Shown here: in pieces, positions 1 to 10,518 of the stretch
How the letters are laid out: each line of letters starts with the position of its first letter
How positions within the stretch are numbered: the stretch's first letter is position 1
Notes under the pieces: generated by a model
The model's input: the letters and a program-made list of their open reading frames with translations, nothing else
The model's database searches: none
What the model was told of the DNA's origin: nothing
Translations under genes and position numbers: made by a program
Source: Microgenomates group bacterium
GTDB lineage: Bacteria; Patescibacteriota; Microgenomatia; UBA12405
Length of the DNA: 64,000 nt
Direction: 5' to 3'
NCBI GenBank assembly: GCA_049303675.1
Contig: JBAQNJ010000001.1
Location: 747,569 to 811,568 of the forward strand

Positions 1-38
1 CCACCAATCCTTTTGGTGGTCTGATAACTGTAGTTAAA

Positions 39-389
39 CTATCTCTTGCTTGCATGCTCTATTCCTTTTTTTATAGCTAATCTTGAAACCAGCTTCCCCA
101 TCTGCCGCTGCAATCTGTTGATTCGTACATGGTTTTCAAACATTACGTAAGCTAATACCACCAGAGCTAAAACATTTGCTAAGTCAAATAATCTTACAAA
201 AAACATTTCTCTGACAAACGGTTCGATGTACTTTGGAAAAAAAGTAATAAACAATAACCCGACCCAAACGACTATCCACAAGAAGGCTCCTCTGACTCCC
301 ATCTCACCTTTACGCCAATATAAATAAACGTTATATAACATAAAAAAAGAAAACACAAAAACTATTAGCTGCACGCCCAATATACTCAT
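39..389 (-). CDS. small 4-TM membrane protein, DUF2304-like (GT2-associated)
   Basis: 116 aa, hydrophobic; abuts a Dpm1-like GT2 as DUF2304 proteins typically do. Confidence 0.4.
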   Translation of the reverse strand: MSILGVQLIVFVFSFFMLYNVYLYWRKGEMGVRGAFLWIVVWVGLLFITFFPKYIEPFVREMFFVRLFDLANVLALVVLAYVMFENHVRINRLQRQMGKLVSRLAIKKGIEHASKR

Positions 390-390
390 T

Positions 391-1062
391 TTATTTTCTA
401 AAATACCAATACGGGATGTATGTCAGAATTTTTAATGCATCAAACAAAGTCACCCCTTTATATTTATCTATATAGATTGTATCAATTTCAATTTCACAAA
501 ACTCTATCTTATTTCTAGCCACCTTAGTCGCAATCTCCGTTTCCACCCCGTATCTATCCGATTGCCACTTTAATTTATTATATATATTTTTGTTAAACCC
601 CAAGTATCCACATAAAAATTCTTTTCTCTTTAAGCCAAATAGCATATTCAATACCTTTTTAGCAAAAATATTACCATATTTTCTTATCATAGGCATCTTA
701 TCATCAAGATCTCTGTAACCAAACACTGCAGGGATGCTTGCCAACGACTTCTCAAAAAGAGGTAAATGCTGTGGATTATGTTGACCATCAGCATCTATAA
801 AAATTATAGCTGTCGCTCCCATTTTCCAAGCTAATGTTACCCCAGTCCTCATTGCTGCCCCCTTACCTAAATTGATGATGTGTCGAACTAGACGAACTCT
901 TTTATTGTGTTTAAATGCCTGTTTTAGCTTATCATAAGCAATTTTTCTCGACCCATCATCAACCACGATAACCGATGACCTAGACGCCTTGAGAATTTCG
1001 TTAATCGTTTTCACCGCCAGCTCACCTTCGTTAAACTCAGGTACAATAATCACTATTTTCAT
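391..1062 (-). CDS. glycosyltransferase family 2, polyprenol-phosphate sugar synthase (Dpm1/GtrB-like)
   Basis: N-terminal IVIIVPEFNE...VVDDGS and DxD-type FIDADGQH motifs typical of GT2. Confidence 0.8.
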   Translation of the reverse strand: MKIVIIVPEFNEGELAVKTINEILKASRSSVIVVDDGSRKIAYDKLKQAFKHNKRVRLVRHIINLGKGAAMRTGVTLAWKMGATAIIFIDADGQHNPQHLPLFEKSLASIPAVFGYRDLDDKMPMIRKYGNIFAKKVLNMLFGLKRKEFLCGYLGFNKNIYNKLKWQSDRYGVETEIATKVARNKIEFCEIEIDTIYIDKYKGVTLFDALKILTYIPYWYFRK

Positions 1063-1841
1063 AGAAACAAATCCTTATAGTTACACTTTTTAAAGATCCT
1101 CAGATTTCCCCCGATAGTTGCATCAACAATCAATCGTCCTGTATCTTCGTAGGCCTTCTTTGCAAGATTATAAGCAAATTCAGAAGTATCCAGATCCGGT
1201 AAATTCCATTTAAAACCCCTAAAATAATCTTTTGAAAAATGATTTGGATCATCACCTATAGTTAGTATTTTTTCATTATTATTTCCAGTAGTTTTGAACT
1301 TATGATCAACTCCGACTAGGATCACTTCATCAAAACCCATATAATAGGCAAGCTGTAAACACACAAACGTCACAGTACCACCAGGCCACACTCCCAATTC
1401 TGGATTACTTGAAAATTTTGCCTGATAAAATTGATTTAGGAAAAATGTCTCCCCGCTGTCCTTCAGCCTATCAAAAATTTTACTAGCTCTCGATGATATA
1501 AATTTAACACACTTCTGTCCTGCAATTTCCTCGGCACATTGCGACAGAACCAAATCATTTACCGACACCAAAAATGTTGGCTTAAAATATCTTATTAAAT
1601 ATATTCTATTGGAGCCAAAACAGTACTCTCCGGACAGCTTTGATAAATCAGTCTTATTCAAACTCGGTCCATTTCCTATGATAAAACATCTTTTTCCCTT
1701 ATACTTATTATGATACTTTTTTACCGAGTTACATTTCCTGTTACCATTAATCAACAACACTCCATCAACTAATCCAAACAACCAATTCACAAATAAATAC
1801 TTCTGATTTGCTTCTATCAGTTTATTTTTTAGCCAAGTCAT
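1059..1841 (-). CDS. Cst-II/GT42-like or MAF/DUF115-family glycosyl (nonulosonate?) transferase
   Basis: CFIIGNGPSL...N..Y motif and GGTVTF..LQLAYYMGF.EVILVGVD block resemble Campylobacter Cst-II / DUF115. Confidence 0.45.
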   Translation of the reverse strand: MTWLKNKLIEANQKYLFVNWLFGLVDGVLLINGNRKCNSVKKYHNKYKGKRCFIIGNGPSLNKTDLSKLSGEYCFGSNRIYLIRYFKPTFLVSVNDLVLSQCAEEIAGQKCVKFISSRASKIFDRLKDSGETFFLNQFYQAKFSSNPELGVWPGGTVTFVCLQLAYYMGFDEVILVGVDHKFKTTGNNNEKILTIGDDPNHFSKDYFRGFKWNLPDLDTSEFAYNLAKKAYEDTGRLIVDATIGGNLRIFKKCNYKDLFL

Positions 1842-1911
1842 AATTTATTAGTTTTAACCAAAGACACATTAACAAATATATATTATTATGTTTATATTTT
1901 AACCAATAGAA

Positions 1912-2781
1912 TTGAATATGCTACCAATCAATCGATACTTAGCCCCCATTGTAACCAGATACTTATCAAAAATAGGTCTCGGTAAGTACGTTTTTCCCTA
2001 TGTATCTGAAATAACTTTATTATCTAAAAATGCCAACTTCAACATCAATCATCCAGTCGGCAAATACCGATTAGAACGTTTTGGAGGTGAAAAGGATTAT
2101 TTGCTTCACTTCTTAATCAATCTAACACCCGAAAGTTGTGTTTTGGATGTCGGCGCCTCACTTGGATTATATTCGATATTTTCAGCCAAGATTGCTCATC
2201 AGGTAATTTCAATTGAGCCAGATATTTCCATATACTCTGAATTATCGGCCAACTTTAAGCTAAATAGCTTGCACAACTATATACTTGTCAATCAGGCTCT
2301 AGGCAATGAAAATACTTCGCTTAAGATTTACACCAACGGTGCAAATGCGAATTCCCCTTCATTTACCGACCTTGCTAATGGACTTAGCCGATCTGTATCA
2401 GTACCAGTTATAAAAGGTGACAAACTACTTACTCAACTCGCAAAAACAAGCATTCATAGATACCCAGACATTTACAAAATTGATGTAGAAGGATACGAAA
2501 TGCATGTATTACAAGGGTTGGCAAAAACTCTCAATAGTCCAAACCGCCCGACTCATATTTTTCTAGAAATACATCCAAAGTTTTTAAAAGCCTTCAAAGT
2601 CGACAAAAAGGAGATATACACCTTTTTAACAGATCGCGGCTATCAAATTAATTTTCAGAAAATTAGAGACAACGAAGAACTCTGCCACTTTACTTATTAC
2701 CAGAACATCAACAACCCACCAAGCAACCTATTTAGCACTCCCAAAAGGCCACCAAAGGTTGACACCAGTAAAACTTTATGA
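1912..2781 (+). CDS. FkbM-family SAM methyltransferase
   Basis: VLDVGASLGLYS and KIDVEGYE motifs; C-terminal 28 aa are low complexity and antisense to the next gene. Confidence 0.7.
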   Translation: MNMLPINRYLAPIVTRYLSKIGLGKYVFPYVSEITLLSKNANFNINHPVGKYRLERFGGEKDYLLHFLINLTPESCVLDVGASLGLYSIFSAKIAHQVISIEPDISIYSELSANFKLNSLHNYILVNQALGNENTSLKIYTNGANANSPSFTDLANGLSRSVSVPVIKGDKLLTQLAKTSIHRYPDIYKIDVEGYEMHVLQGLAKTLNSPNRPTHIFLEIHPKFLKAFKVDKKEIYTFLTDRGYQINFQKIRDNEELCHFTYYQNINNPPSNLFSTPKRPPKVDTSKTL

Positions 2782-3611
2782 ACCGGATAACCGAGAGGTA
2801 CCAAAAAAAATAAATATAAATTCTCTCGTGCCCCAAATCCAGCCACCGAAATAGGCAGCATTAAAGCTAAAGTAATCACTGGCATAAAAATAAATATTTC
2901 ATACACACTAATTCCTACATCAAAAATTTGACTATAAAACCATGCTGGCACAATCCACATTGCTACTACCAGCAAAGAAATAAAAAAACTTTTAATTATT
3001 TGGATTCTATTGATATCTTTTATTATTTTTAATACTTTATTTACTTTAGACAGCCATGCATACTTGCCCAGATATTTTTCCAAATCAAAATAATAAAAAG
3101 CGATCCAACTAACAAACATGACCAACGTCAAACCTTCGAATAATCTTAACAAAAGTCCTGGAAAAGCATATCCTTGATTTAACCCTACCAACAACGAGGC
3201 AAACCCAATCAAAACAAAAGAAGACAACCCAACTATTTTATCTACTACTACCGACAACAGTAGTTTTGTTTTGGAAAGATGTGAATATTTTTTTAAAAGT
3301 GGTAACCACTTTATAGTATCTCCTGCCAAAGATGTGGGGAAAAATAAGCTGTAATAATTTCCGAGATAAGTTGCTCTTGTAAAATTCCAATAGTCACTCC
3401 AGCTAGATTTATCTAATACTAGCCAGCACCACCTCACACTACTTAACCCAGCAATTACAAAAAAATATACCACCATAAACAACACAAACCACCATGGTAC
3501 CTCAGCCAATTCTCCCAAAAGACTCAAAATATCGACCTTTCTAAATGCAAAATACAACAACAACAGTGATAGTGTATTTACAACCAACTTTTTTACAATA
3601 TGTTGCTTCAT
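2697..3611 (-). CDS. flippase-like membrane protein (UPF0104 / LPG-synthase TM-like), paralog A
   Basis: multi-TM; FRKVDI..LGE...VPWWFV start and WNFTRATYLGN.YSLFFP shared with the paralog at 10518..11450. Confidence 0.6.
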   Translation of the reverse strand: MKQHIVKKLVVNTLSLLLLYFAFRKVDILSLLGELAEVPWWFVLFMVVYFFVIAGLSSVRWCWLVLDKSSWSDYWNFTRATYLGNYYSLFFPTSLAGDTIKWLPLLKKYSHLSKTKLLLSVVVDKIVGLSSFVLIGFASLLVGLNQGYAFPGLLLRLFEGLTLVMFVSWIAFYYFDLEKYLGKYAWLSKVNKVLKIIKDINRIQIIKSFFISLLVVAMWIVPAWFYSQIFDVGISVYEIFIFMPVITLALMLPISVAGFGARENLYLFFLVPLGYPVHKVLLVSTFGGLLGVLNRLLGGLLMFW

Positions 3612-3614
3612 CTA

Positions 3615-5159
3615 TTAATTACTTGGTATCTTAATCTCCAATCTATATATTTTACACAATCCCATGCACCCATCGGCTACTTGAGCCAAAGCAAAGTGTT
3701 TTTCGATGGTGGCATAGTCGGCATCCCAATCACTCCGATGATTAGCCAAATAATAATTTGAGATATAGACTGTCTTTCCCTCCACTATCAATCTTTCATA
3801 TAGTTTTATCAAGCTACCATCCCCTTGGTAATACTGTTCAATCAGCCCTTTACCCACTCCACTAAACTCCTGAGTCTCCGATACTGGCAATAAGGCATAG
3901 TTATGATTACTAAAATAATTGACATAAAACGCCGGTAATAGTGTCGCCAAGTAGACATCTTTATCTTTTACCTTAAAATATTGGTTAAAACTAATTACGG
4001 CACCATAATTCCACGGCACTTCATTGTCGACTCGCATATTATTCATTATTTGTCGTCGCAGAGTCGTCACTTTTCTTTCATAAAATCCGTTTATCGTCAG
4101 CCTTGACCCCAAAAAAATCAATAGCACCAACAATACCCCTACTCCAGCCAGCTTTCCCAATTTGGCAAAAATTGTCCCAGCCAACAAAATCACCAGTGGC
4201 ACAAGTGTCGAAACATATCTCCCCTCGGGATAACTTTTCATTGCATGAAATACTGTTACCGCTGCAATTATACCCACTAGATACAATGTATTTTGTCGGT
4301 ATTTTTTGTCCACCAATCCCACTACCGTCCCTATCACCCCCATCACTCCCCACCACCAGTCAAGCAGGGGATTGGTATACCACAAATAGCTACTTCCCCG
4401 TCCCATTAGCTGCCAAATGTAAACTAACAAATTTTTTCCCAAATTTATGGGGTTCATATCCCCGTTACCCCCACTCCAAATTGGCAAATGGCTAAATAGA
4501 TACCAGCCACCCAACATACCGGCAAGCCCACCCCACCTGATTGCCACTATCCATAATTTCTTATCATTTTGTTTGAATAATTTGGACACCGTTCCCAGTC
4601 CCAGTATCGCGATTACCGGCAGTGCCGACATTTTGGTCAATAGTAGCAATATTGCCACCACTATACTCAACCGCAAATTTGACAAGCTTATTTTATCCAT
4701 CAACACTAAAGCCGTAGCTAACGTCAAGGGAATCAATAAGTTTTCTGCCATCAATAAAGTTGGCAAGTTATAAAAATAAAAATTACTCACCCAGACTATA
4801 CCCAAACCCCAGCTTAACCACCGGTTTCCAAACAACTTCTCCGCTAATTTTTGAAATAAAAATATAGTTAGCAAACATAAAGCAATATTTAGCCAATAAT
4901 ATGATCGAACATCATTGGTCAGCCAAAAAACTGGCGCCAATAATATGCCATACAACGGCGGTACTACTGAATTGATGGTGTACCCCTCAATTGACATCTC
5001 AAATCCCTTGCCCTGCACCCAGTTCCACGCCGGTACCGAATAATATAATGTATCCGGATACGGCTCCAAATTGCCAATCAAATTATTTTGCTTATACGGA
5101 TTCTTCCCTGCCAAAGACAGATATATCAAACACAAGCTAATTACCACCACTATTTTTTG
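3615..5159 (-). CDS. GT-C superfamily membrane glycosyltransferase-like protein
   Basis: ~11 TM helices, periplasmic-loop PDTLYY motif, soluble C-terminal domain; ORF track start 5219 overlaps yfhO, in-frame Met at 5159 preferred. Confidence 0.5.
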   Translation of the reverse strand, partial: QKIVVVISLCLIYLSLAGKNPYKQNNLIGNLEPYPDTLYYSVPAWNWVQGKGFEMSIEGYTINSVVPPLYGILLAPVFWLTNDVRSYYWLNIALCLLTIFLFQKLAEKLFGNRWLSWGLGIVWVSNFYFYNLPTLLMAENLLIPLTLATALVLMDKISLSNLRLSIVVAILLLLTKMSALPVIAILGLGTVSKLFKQNDKKLWIVAIRWGGLAGMLGGWYLFSHLPIWSGGNGDMNPINLGKNLLVYIWQLMGRGSSYLWYTNPLLDWWWGVMGVIGTVVGLVDKKYRQNTLYLVGIIAAVTVFHAMKSYPEGRYVSTLVPLVILLAGTIFAKLGKLAGVGVLLVLLIFLGSRLTINGFYERKVTTLRRQIMNNMRVDNEVPWNYGAVISFNQYFKVKDKDVYLATLLPAFYVNYFSNHNYALLPVSETQEFSGVGKGLIEQYYQGDGSLIKLYERLIVEGKTVYISNYYLANHRSDWDADYATIEKHFALAQVADGCMGLCKIYRLEIKIPSN

Positions 5160-7348
5160 CATAATCTTAGACACATCATAACACCGACCCATGTCATCCA
5201 TGAGCCTAAACTCAGCCATTTCCCGATTAAAAAACTCTTCGGTTCATATTTCATCAAAACTTTTCCCTCTCCCTTAGTTACTACAACTTTTCTAAAAACA
5301 TCGTCAGCTTTCTCCAGTCTTTGTTCCACACCATTTACCCACACCCGCCATCCTTTGTCCCACCTATCTCTGATAATTAGTTCTGAATCTCTAATTGCCT
5401 CATAACTTAGCCCAACTTGATTACTCTGATAATTTATGTCGCTTACTGTACCATCATCCACGCTAAACCTATCCAGCCAATACTTATTTTTCAACACCGC
5501 CACCGTTTCCGTTTCCATTACCCTTACCCAATCATCAGTTTTAATTTTATAGCTCAAAACATTTCCACCAATACTTCCGTTTTTGTCCCTTTTCAACGCC
5601 AGCAAATATTTAACATTGTATTTTCCCAGTTCTGCGGCATCATACTTTGACAACTCAGCATAGCGACTAAACTTATTCTTATCCCCATTCAGATCCAAAT
5701 TATACTTTTGGGTATAATCAGCTGGTGCCACCGGATCATATCCCCCCGAACTCATCAGCCCGTACATTGTCCATGTATTGGGCGACAACAGAGGTCCCTC
5801 CTCCTTTTCAACTCTAAAAATATCTTTATCTCTGTTCAAAAAGTTCGTAATCTCAGTCTGAGGAAACACATATTTCTCTTCACTAATTGGTAAATATTTA
5901 CTGGTAAATCTACCACTATCAACCCCAACTATAATTAATAGTACTAGCCACCACCACTTCTTCTCGGAAAAAAATATAGTTGATATACTCAATATACCTA
6001 TCAATAAAAGTGGCCAGACCATATTTCTCCAAACAATTGTTAAACTAGTAGTTTCCCTCACCAAATAAATTGTGCCCAGCCATATTCCGACAACCATCAA
6101 CCCCCAAGCAATAAATACTTTTAGTTTATGACCAATTTTTTGTAACCCAAATCTATCCACCATATTGGCTATTAGAATTGACCCACCCAAGCACCAAAAA
6201 TATGAATTTCTCCCCGCTGAAGCTGTACTCAGGCCAGGAATGTTCAGGCCATACACCCACCTCGACAGGGGATTATCGATATAAAATACTAGTGAAACTA
6301 AAACTATCTTTACCCAAAGTTTCATTTCCACACTCAGGTTTTTATACACGAAAATAGACCAAATAATTGCCATAAACATCACTACTCCTCCATAAATCAG
6401 TGTTTCATGATAATTTGAGTAGCCCCAATAGTTTCCTGTCGCCGGATTTCCAAAATAGTCAGGAAAAATTGTCGTGACCAATTGTGTCAATGGTACGAGG
6501 CCATAATTAATACCCTTCATAGTATTTTCCAAATTGCGAATCGAATTAGAGTACATTTCCGCGGCCGGCAGCCAGACAATACTCGACATAGCTATACCCA
6601 GCACGCCCATTATCGTCAATCTCAGCACATCTCTACCTCTCACCAACTTGCGAAATACCATATATGTTACTGCAATTATTCCGGCATATATCAACATCTG
6701 AAAGTTTCCACTACTCACCAACATAAATATTACTGGCCCCAGCCACCACAGTATCTTTGCTTCCTGATTTTGATAATATTTCTCCAAAATTACGACTAAT
6801 ATTGGTATCCACACCATCGAATTTGTCGCCGTAGCAAATTCCAACCATGAAATACTATAAGCGCAATAGCCATAGGCAATCCCGGCTACCACACTCGCTT
6901 TCATCGACATTTTGTAAGACCTCGTCAATAGATACATCGAAATAGACGACATCACGACCCCTAATACTAAATAACAATTCCACGCGGTGTTTAGCGGCAA
7001 AAACATAAATAAGATATTTAATGGATAATATGCCGCCGATTGCATGTTTGCCGCCAATGGATAGCCAGAATAAGAATAGATGTTCCACAACGGCCACTGC
7101 CAACTTCTATAAGAATCAGCTACCAATTTTTTCCACACAAACAACTGAGAATATGAGTCAGACAACAGTGGGTTTTTATACGGTACAGCCACATCGTACC
7201 CCCATTTATTTTCTCGCCACGGATAATACACACCCACCAACACATCAGCTGGCAACAATACTCTGTGTCCTCTCAAAAAATAACCAAAAAATACTCCTCC
7301 AAATAAAATTAAAACAATTATTGGCCATAATTTACTCCACACTCTCAT
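5150..7348 (-). CDS. yfhO: YfhO-family membrane protein (GT-C glycosyltransferase of lipid-linked sugars)
   Basis: 732 aa, N-terminal YYPW...P..NP..SD...Q...W and many TMs typical of YfhO. Confidence 0.65.
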   Translation of the reverse strand: MRVWSKLWPIIVLILFGGVFFGYFLRGHRVLLPADVLVGVYYPWRENKWGYDVAVPYKNPLLSDSYSQLFVWKKLVADSYRSWQWPLWNIYSYSGYPLAANMQSAAYYPLNILFMFLPLNTAWNCYLVLGVVMSSISMYLLTRSYKMSMKASVVAGIAYGYCAYSISWLEFATATNSMVWIPILVVILEKYYQNQEAKILWWLGPVIFMLVSSGNFQMLIYAGIIAVTYMVFRKLVRGRDVLRLTIMGVLGIAMSSIVWLPAAEMYSNSIRNLENTMKGINYGLVPLTQLVTTIFPDYFGNPATGNYWGYSNYHETLIYGGVVMFMAIIWSIFVYKNLSVEMKLWVKIVLVSLVFYIDNPLSRWVYGLNIPGLSTASAGRNSYFWCLGGSILIANMVDRFGLQKIGHKLKVFIAWGLMVVGIWLGTIYLVRETTSLTIVWRNMVWPLLLIGILSISTIFFSEKKWWWLVLLIIVGVDSGRFTSKYLPISEEKYVFPQTEITNFLNRDKDIFRVEKEEGPLLSPNTWTMYGLMSSGGYDPVAPADYTQKYNLDLNGDKNKFSRYAELSKYDAAELGKYNVKYLLALKRDKNGSIGGNVLSYKIKTDDWVRVMETETVAVLKNKYWLDRFSVDDGTVSDINYQSNQVGLSYEAIRDSELIIRDRWDKGWRVWVNGVEQRLEKADDVFRKVVVTKGEGKVLMKYEPKSFLIGKWLSLGSWMTWVGVMMCLRLCKK

Positions 7349-8918
7349 ATATCAAAAATTGAACTTCATTATTGGTATTCCGAATTATACCTATTTCCTT
7401 CAAGCTATTGGCAATCAGGCCAGCCTCGGGGTTTATCGCCGATACTATATATATAGTATCTGGTGTATAGATTTCCAGATTCCAATCTACATACTTGAAT
7501 TCATATTTACCTATCTTCGTGCCATTAATATCAATACGTTTTTGCATCTCTTGGGGTGTAAACGCCCCATAGTATCCAAAATATAGGTGAGGCACGCCCA
7601 CAAATTCGCCCACCCTCCCAAATCTATTTTCCACTACCACTCGTGAATACTTATCAATATTTGGCCTGATAAATTCCCAAGCTTGCTTGTACCCATATTG
7701 AAAATTATCGCCAGCATCAAGTGGATAATGAACATAATATGCCCTTGTAAATATAAAAAAATTAAAAGTAATAAACAACGCCAATACCATCCCGACCTTA
7801 TAACTTTTTTCATAAATTATTTTGGCTCCTCCAGCTATTATTAGAGTTGTCGGTATTATAAAAGCCAAGTTGCGGACCGAGGCCACTTCGCCCGTCAAAG
7901 AGGGGATCACTGGACACAACAACCACCATGACAAAACATTATTAGCCCACTGTCCAAATATTTTATTTATATTCAACAATCCCACTACCAAAAGTGGCAA
8001 AGTAAATAGCAGATACCAGCCATTAATTAGCGGCCCTCGGCTATTAAACAAATTTCCCCCTGAAGAGAAATTAGTGTCTAGTGAAAAGTGGGATATATAG
8101 CTATATACCGGTGTCATCACCAAATTAATAGATTTTTTTAGTTGGCTATCCTGACTATTTTTCAAATAATCCTTAAACTGCCCCGAGCTAAACCACAATT
8201 GGGAACTGGCCCGATTATTCGGATCCATTACTTGCACCTTCATAAAATCGATATAAATCGGCGCTGCCAACAATATAATCAACGACAACATTGGCCACCA
8301 TTTGTTTAATTTTATTTTTTCCCAACTCAGCCATATCCAGACAATTGCCAACATGGGTACGAGTCCCCACTCCGTGTGATATCCCCAAATTGACAAACCC
8401 AAAAAAACTCCCGCCCATACCAAATAAATATTTTTCCTAGATTTAATGAACACTATCATAGCCCAAACACCCACCAACATAATCGTCATCGCCAAGTTTG
8501 ATTCAAAGGCGATTCTGCTGGCAAATATAGCTCGGGGATTAATAGCCAGCAACAATCCCGCCATCAATCCAAAATTAATACTTATTAATTCCTTTCCTAT
8601 CATTACTATAAATACAATCGCACCGACTCCAGCAATAGCCGACAATAGACGCACTCCATATTCAGTATTACCCAATAGTTTACTTAGCGGCATATTCAGA
8701 TATGCATAAAGTGGCGCCTTATATGTTTGATGCGACTGAAATGATAATGGCCAGCTTTTTCCGTGCTCATCTAGTCCAATTGCCCGCATAGAATAGCTAT
8801 CGTAAGCAATTGATATCTCATCATTACCCAGACTCGGTGGGTTCTTCTCCAAATTAATTACTCTCAAATATCCTCCTAACATGACTATCAATAATAATAT
8901 CCACCCCTGTTTTGTCAC
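7332..8918 (-). CDS. GT39/GT83-like (PMT/ArnT family) GT-C glycosyltransferase
   Basis: first periplasmic loop GNDEISIAYDSYS (DE motif), 528 aa polytopic membrane protein. Confidence 0.65.
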   Translation of the reverse strand: MTKQGWILLLIVMLGGYLRVINLEKNPPSLGNDEISIAYDSYSMRAIGLDEHGKSWPLSFQSHQTYKAPLYAYLNMPLSKLLGNTEYGVRLLSAIAGVGAIVFIVMIGKELISINFGLMAGLLLAINPRAIFASRIAFESNLAMTIMLVGVWAMIVFIKSRKNIYLVWAGVFLGLSIWGYHTEWGLVPMLAIVWIWLSWEKIKLNKWWPMLSLIILLAAPIYIDFMKVQVMDPNNRASSQLWFSSGQFKDYLKNSQDSQLKKSINLVMTPVYSYISHFSLDTNFSSGGNLFNSRGPLINGWYLLFTLPLLVVGLLNINKIFGQWANNVLSWWLLCPVIPSLTGEVASVRNLAFIIPTTLIIAGGAKIIYEKSYKVGMVLALFITFNFFIFTRAYYVHYPLDAGDNFQYGYKQAWEFIRPNIDKYSRVVVENRFGRVGEFVGVPHLYFGYYGAFTPQEMQKRIDINGTKIGKYEFKYVDWNLEIYTPDTIYIVSAINPEAGLIANSLKEIGIIRNTNNEVQFLIYESVE

Positions 8919-9577
8919 TTTATTATTAAATCAATTAAAAATATTAATATTAAAAACCCACCGTATTTCTTTAAATTAAAATTTTTATATCCATCGACCA
9001 TTGTCAATATGACGGCCGGTAACGCCAATATTACTGCTGTTTTGGTGTCAATTAATATTCCTAGACCTGATGAAATAGTGACCGTTAACAACCACCACCA
9101 ATAATTTTTATATGTCTGGAGTAACCCAAGATACAACAATACAGTGCCGCCAATACCTAGCACCCTTGTCCAAAATATAGGCGACAAAATTTTCAGAGTC
9201 GAATCAATCCATAAAAACACGGTCAACCATGGTTGATAAAAGATCATCCGTAGACGATAAAACATCGCCACATCATCATAACGATATTTGTCTATTAACT
9301 CTAAATAACTCGGGTGAGTTAAATTTATCTTTTCCCAATCAAAACTAAAACCTCCCTGACTAAATCCAAATAAATGATTAATAGATAAATTTAAAAAAAA
9401 TAAAATAAATAAGAATATCCAACTAAATTTTATATTTTTGTTATATCCCCACCATAACCCAATTGCCAATATATAAACCCACCAATCTATATTTAGTCCC
9501 AATCCATTCTTCCAATTCAAGACAATTATCCACAAAAACACACCGCCAATTATTTTTGCTTTTGTTCCCATTGCCAA
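8915..9577 (-). CDS. hypothetical polytopic membrane protein
   Basis: ORF, Trp-rich TM segments, no recognised motif. Confidence 0.35.
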   Translation of the reverse strand: MAMGTKAKIIGGVFLWIIVLNWKNGLGLNIDWWVYILAIGLWWGYNKNIKFSWIFLFILFFLNLSINHLFGFSQGGFSFDWEKINLTHPSYLELIDKYRYDDVAMFYRLRMIFYQPWLTVFLWIDSTLKILSPIFWTRVLGIGGTVLLYLGLLQTYKNYWWWLLTVTISSGLGILIDTKTAVILALPAVILTMVDGYKNFNLKKYGGFLILIFLIDLIIK

Positions 9578-10518
9578 GCAGTTTGCAATATAACCTTTAT
9601 GTCCTTATATTCCGGCTCCCAATTCCACTCGGTTTTGATCTTAGTAGTGTCGGCCAACAAAATTGCTGGGTCACCCGCCCGTCGTGGACCATAATTAATC
9701 TCAAAATCAACACCAGTCACCTCTCTGGCTGCATTGGCTATTTCCTTATTCGAATAACCACTACCACTACCCAAATTAAAAATTTTACTCTCACCACTAT
9801 TTAAAAGATGCTTCAGGCCCATCAAGTGAGCTTTCGCCAAATCTTCCACATGGATATAGTCTCGGACACAAGTCCCATCCTTCGTCTCAAAATCTGTGCC
9901 AAATAATTTGAATTCTGGTAATTCGCCTTTGGCATATTTCAAAATCCGCGGAATTAGATGTGATTCTGGAGTATGTCCCTCCCCAATCTCTCCATCCCTG
10001 TCAGCACCACAAGCATTAAAATAGCGAAAGCACACACTTTTTAGACCATATGCCTTATCGTAGTCAGCAAAAATCATTTCCAGCATTAATTTTGTCTTAC
10101 CGTAAGGATTGATTGGTAGTAGTGGACTGTCCTCGACGATAGGCACTTTCTGGGGATTTCCATATACCGCTGCTGTCGAAGAAAAGACGATTTTATTCAC
10201 CTCAAATTTTTTCATTACTCCCAGCAAATTCAAACTATTTACTACATTATTTTGATAATATTTTTGTGGGTCAACCACCGATTCACCTACTTCAATAAAA
10301 CTGGCAAAATCCAAAACTGCCTCCATATTATATTTAGTAAAAACATTTTCAATCTCATGTATATTTGCCAAATCTCCCTCAACTAATTCACCCCATTTTA
10401 CTGATTCACGATGACCGGTAGACAGGTTGTCAAAAACTACTGTCTGGTAGCCCATCTCACTCAACAATTTATTGACATGCGATCCAATATATCCCGCCCC
10501 ACCGACAATTAATATCAT
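9550..10518 (-). CDS. galE: UDP-glucose 4-epimerase
   Basis: GGAGYIGSH Rossmann, YxxxK (YGKTK), full-length GalE similarity. Confidence 0.9.
   Translation of the reverse strand: MILIVGGAGYIGSHVNKLLSEMGYQTVVFDNLSTGHRESVKWGELVEGDLANIHEIENVFTKYNMEAVLDFASFIEVGESVVDPQKYYQNNVVNSLNLLGVMKKFEVNKIVFSSTAAVYGNPQKVPIVEDSPLLPINPYGKTKLMLEMIFADYDKAYGLKSVCFRYFNACGADRDGEIGEGHTPESHLIPRILKYAKGELPEFKLFGTDFETKDGTCVRDYIHVEDLAKAHLMGLKHLLNSGESKIFNLGSGSGYSNKEIANAAREVTGVDFEINYGPRRAGDPAILLADTTKIKTEWNWEPEYKDIKVILQTAWQWEQKQK

Noticed and set aside
4078-5405. ORFs 4078..4356(-), 4103..4495(+), 4447..4773(+), 5088..5405(+) inside or antisense to the GT-C and YfhO genes
   Set aside because: Alternative-frame or antisense ORFs with low-complexity Pro/Ser-rich translations, fully nested in well-supported membrane-protein genes.
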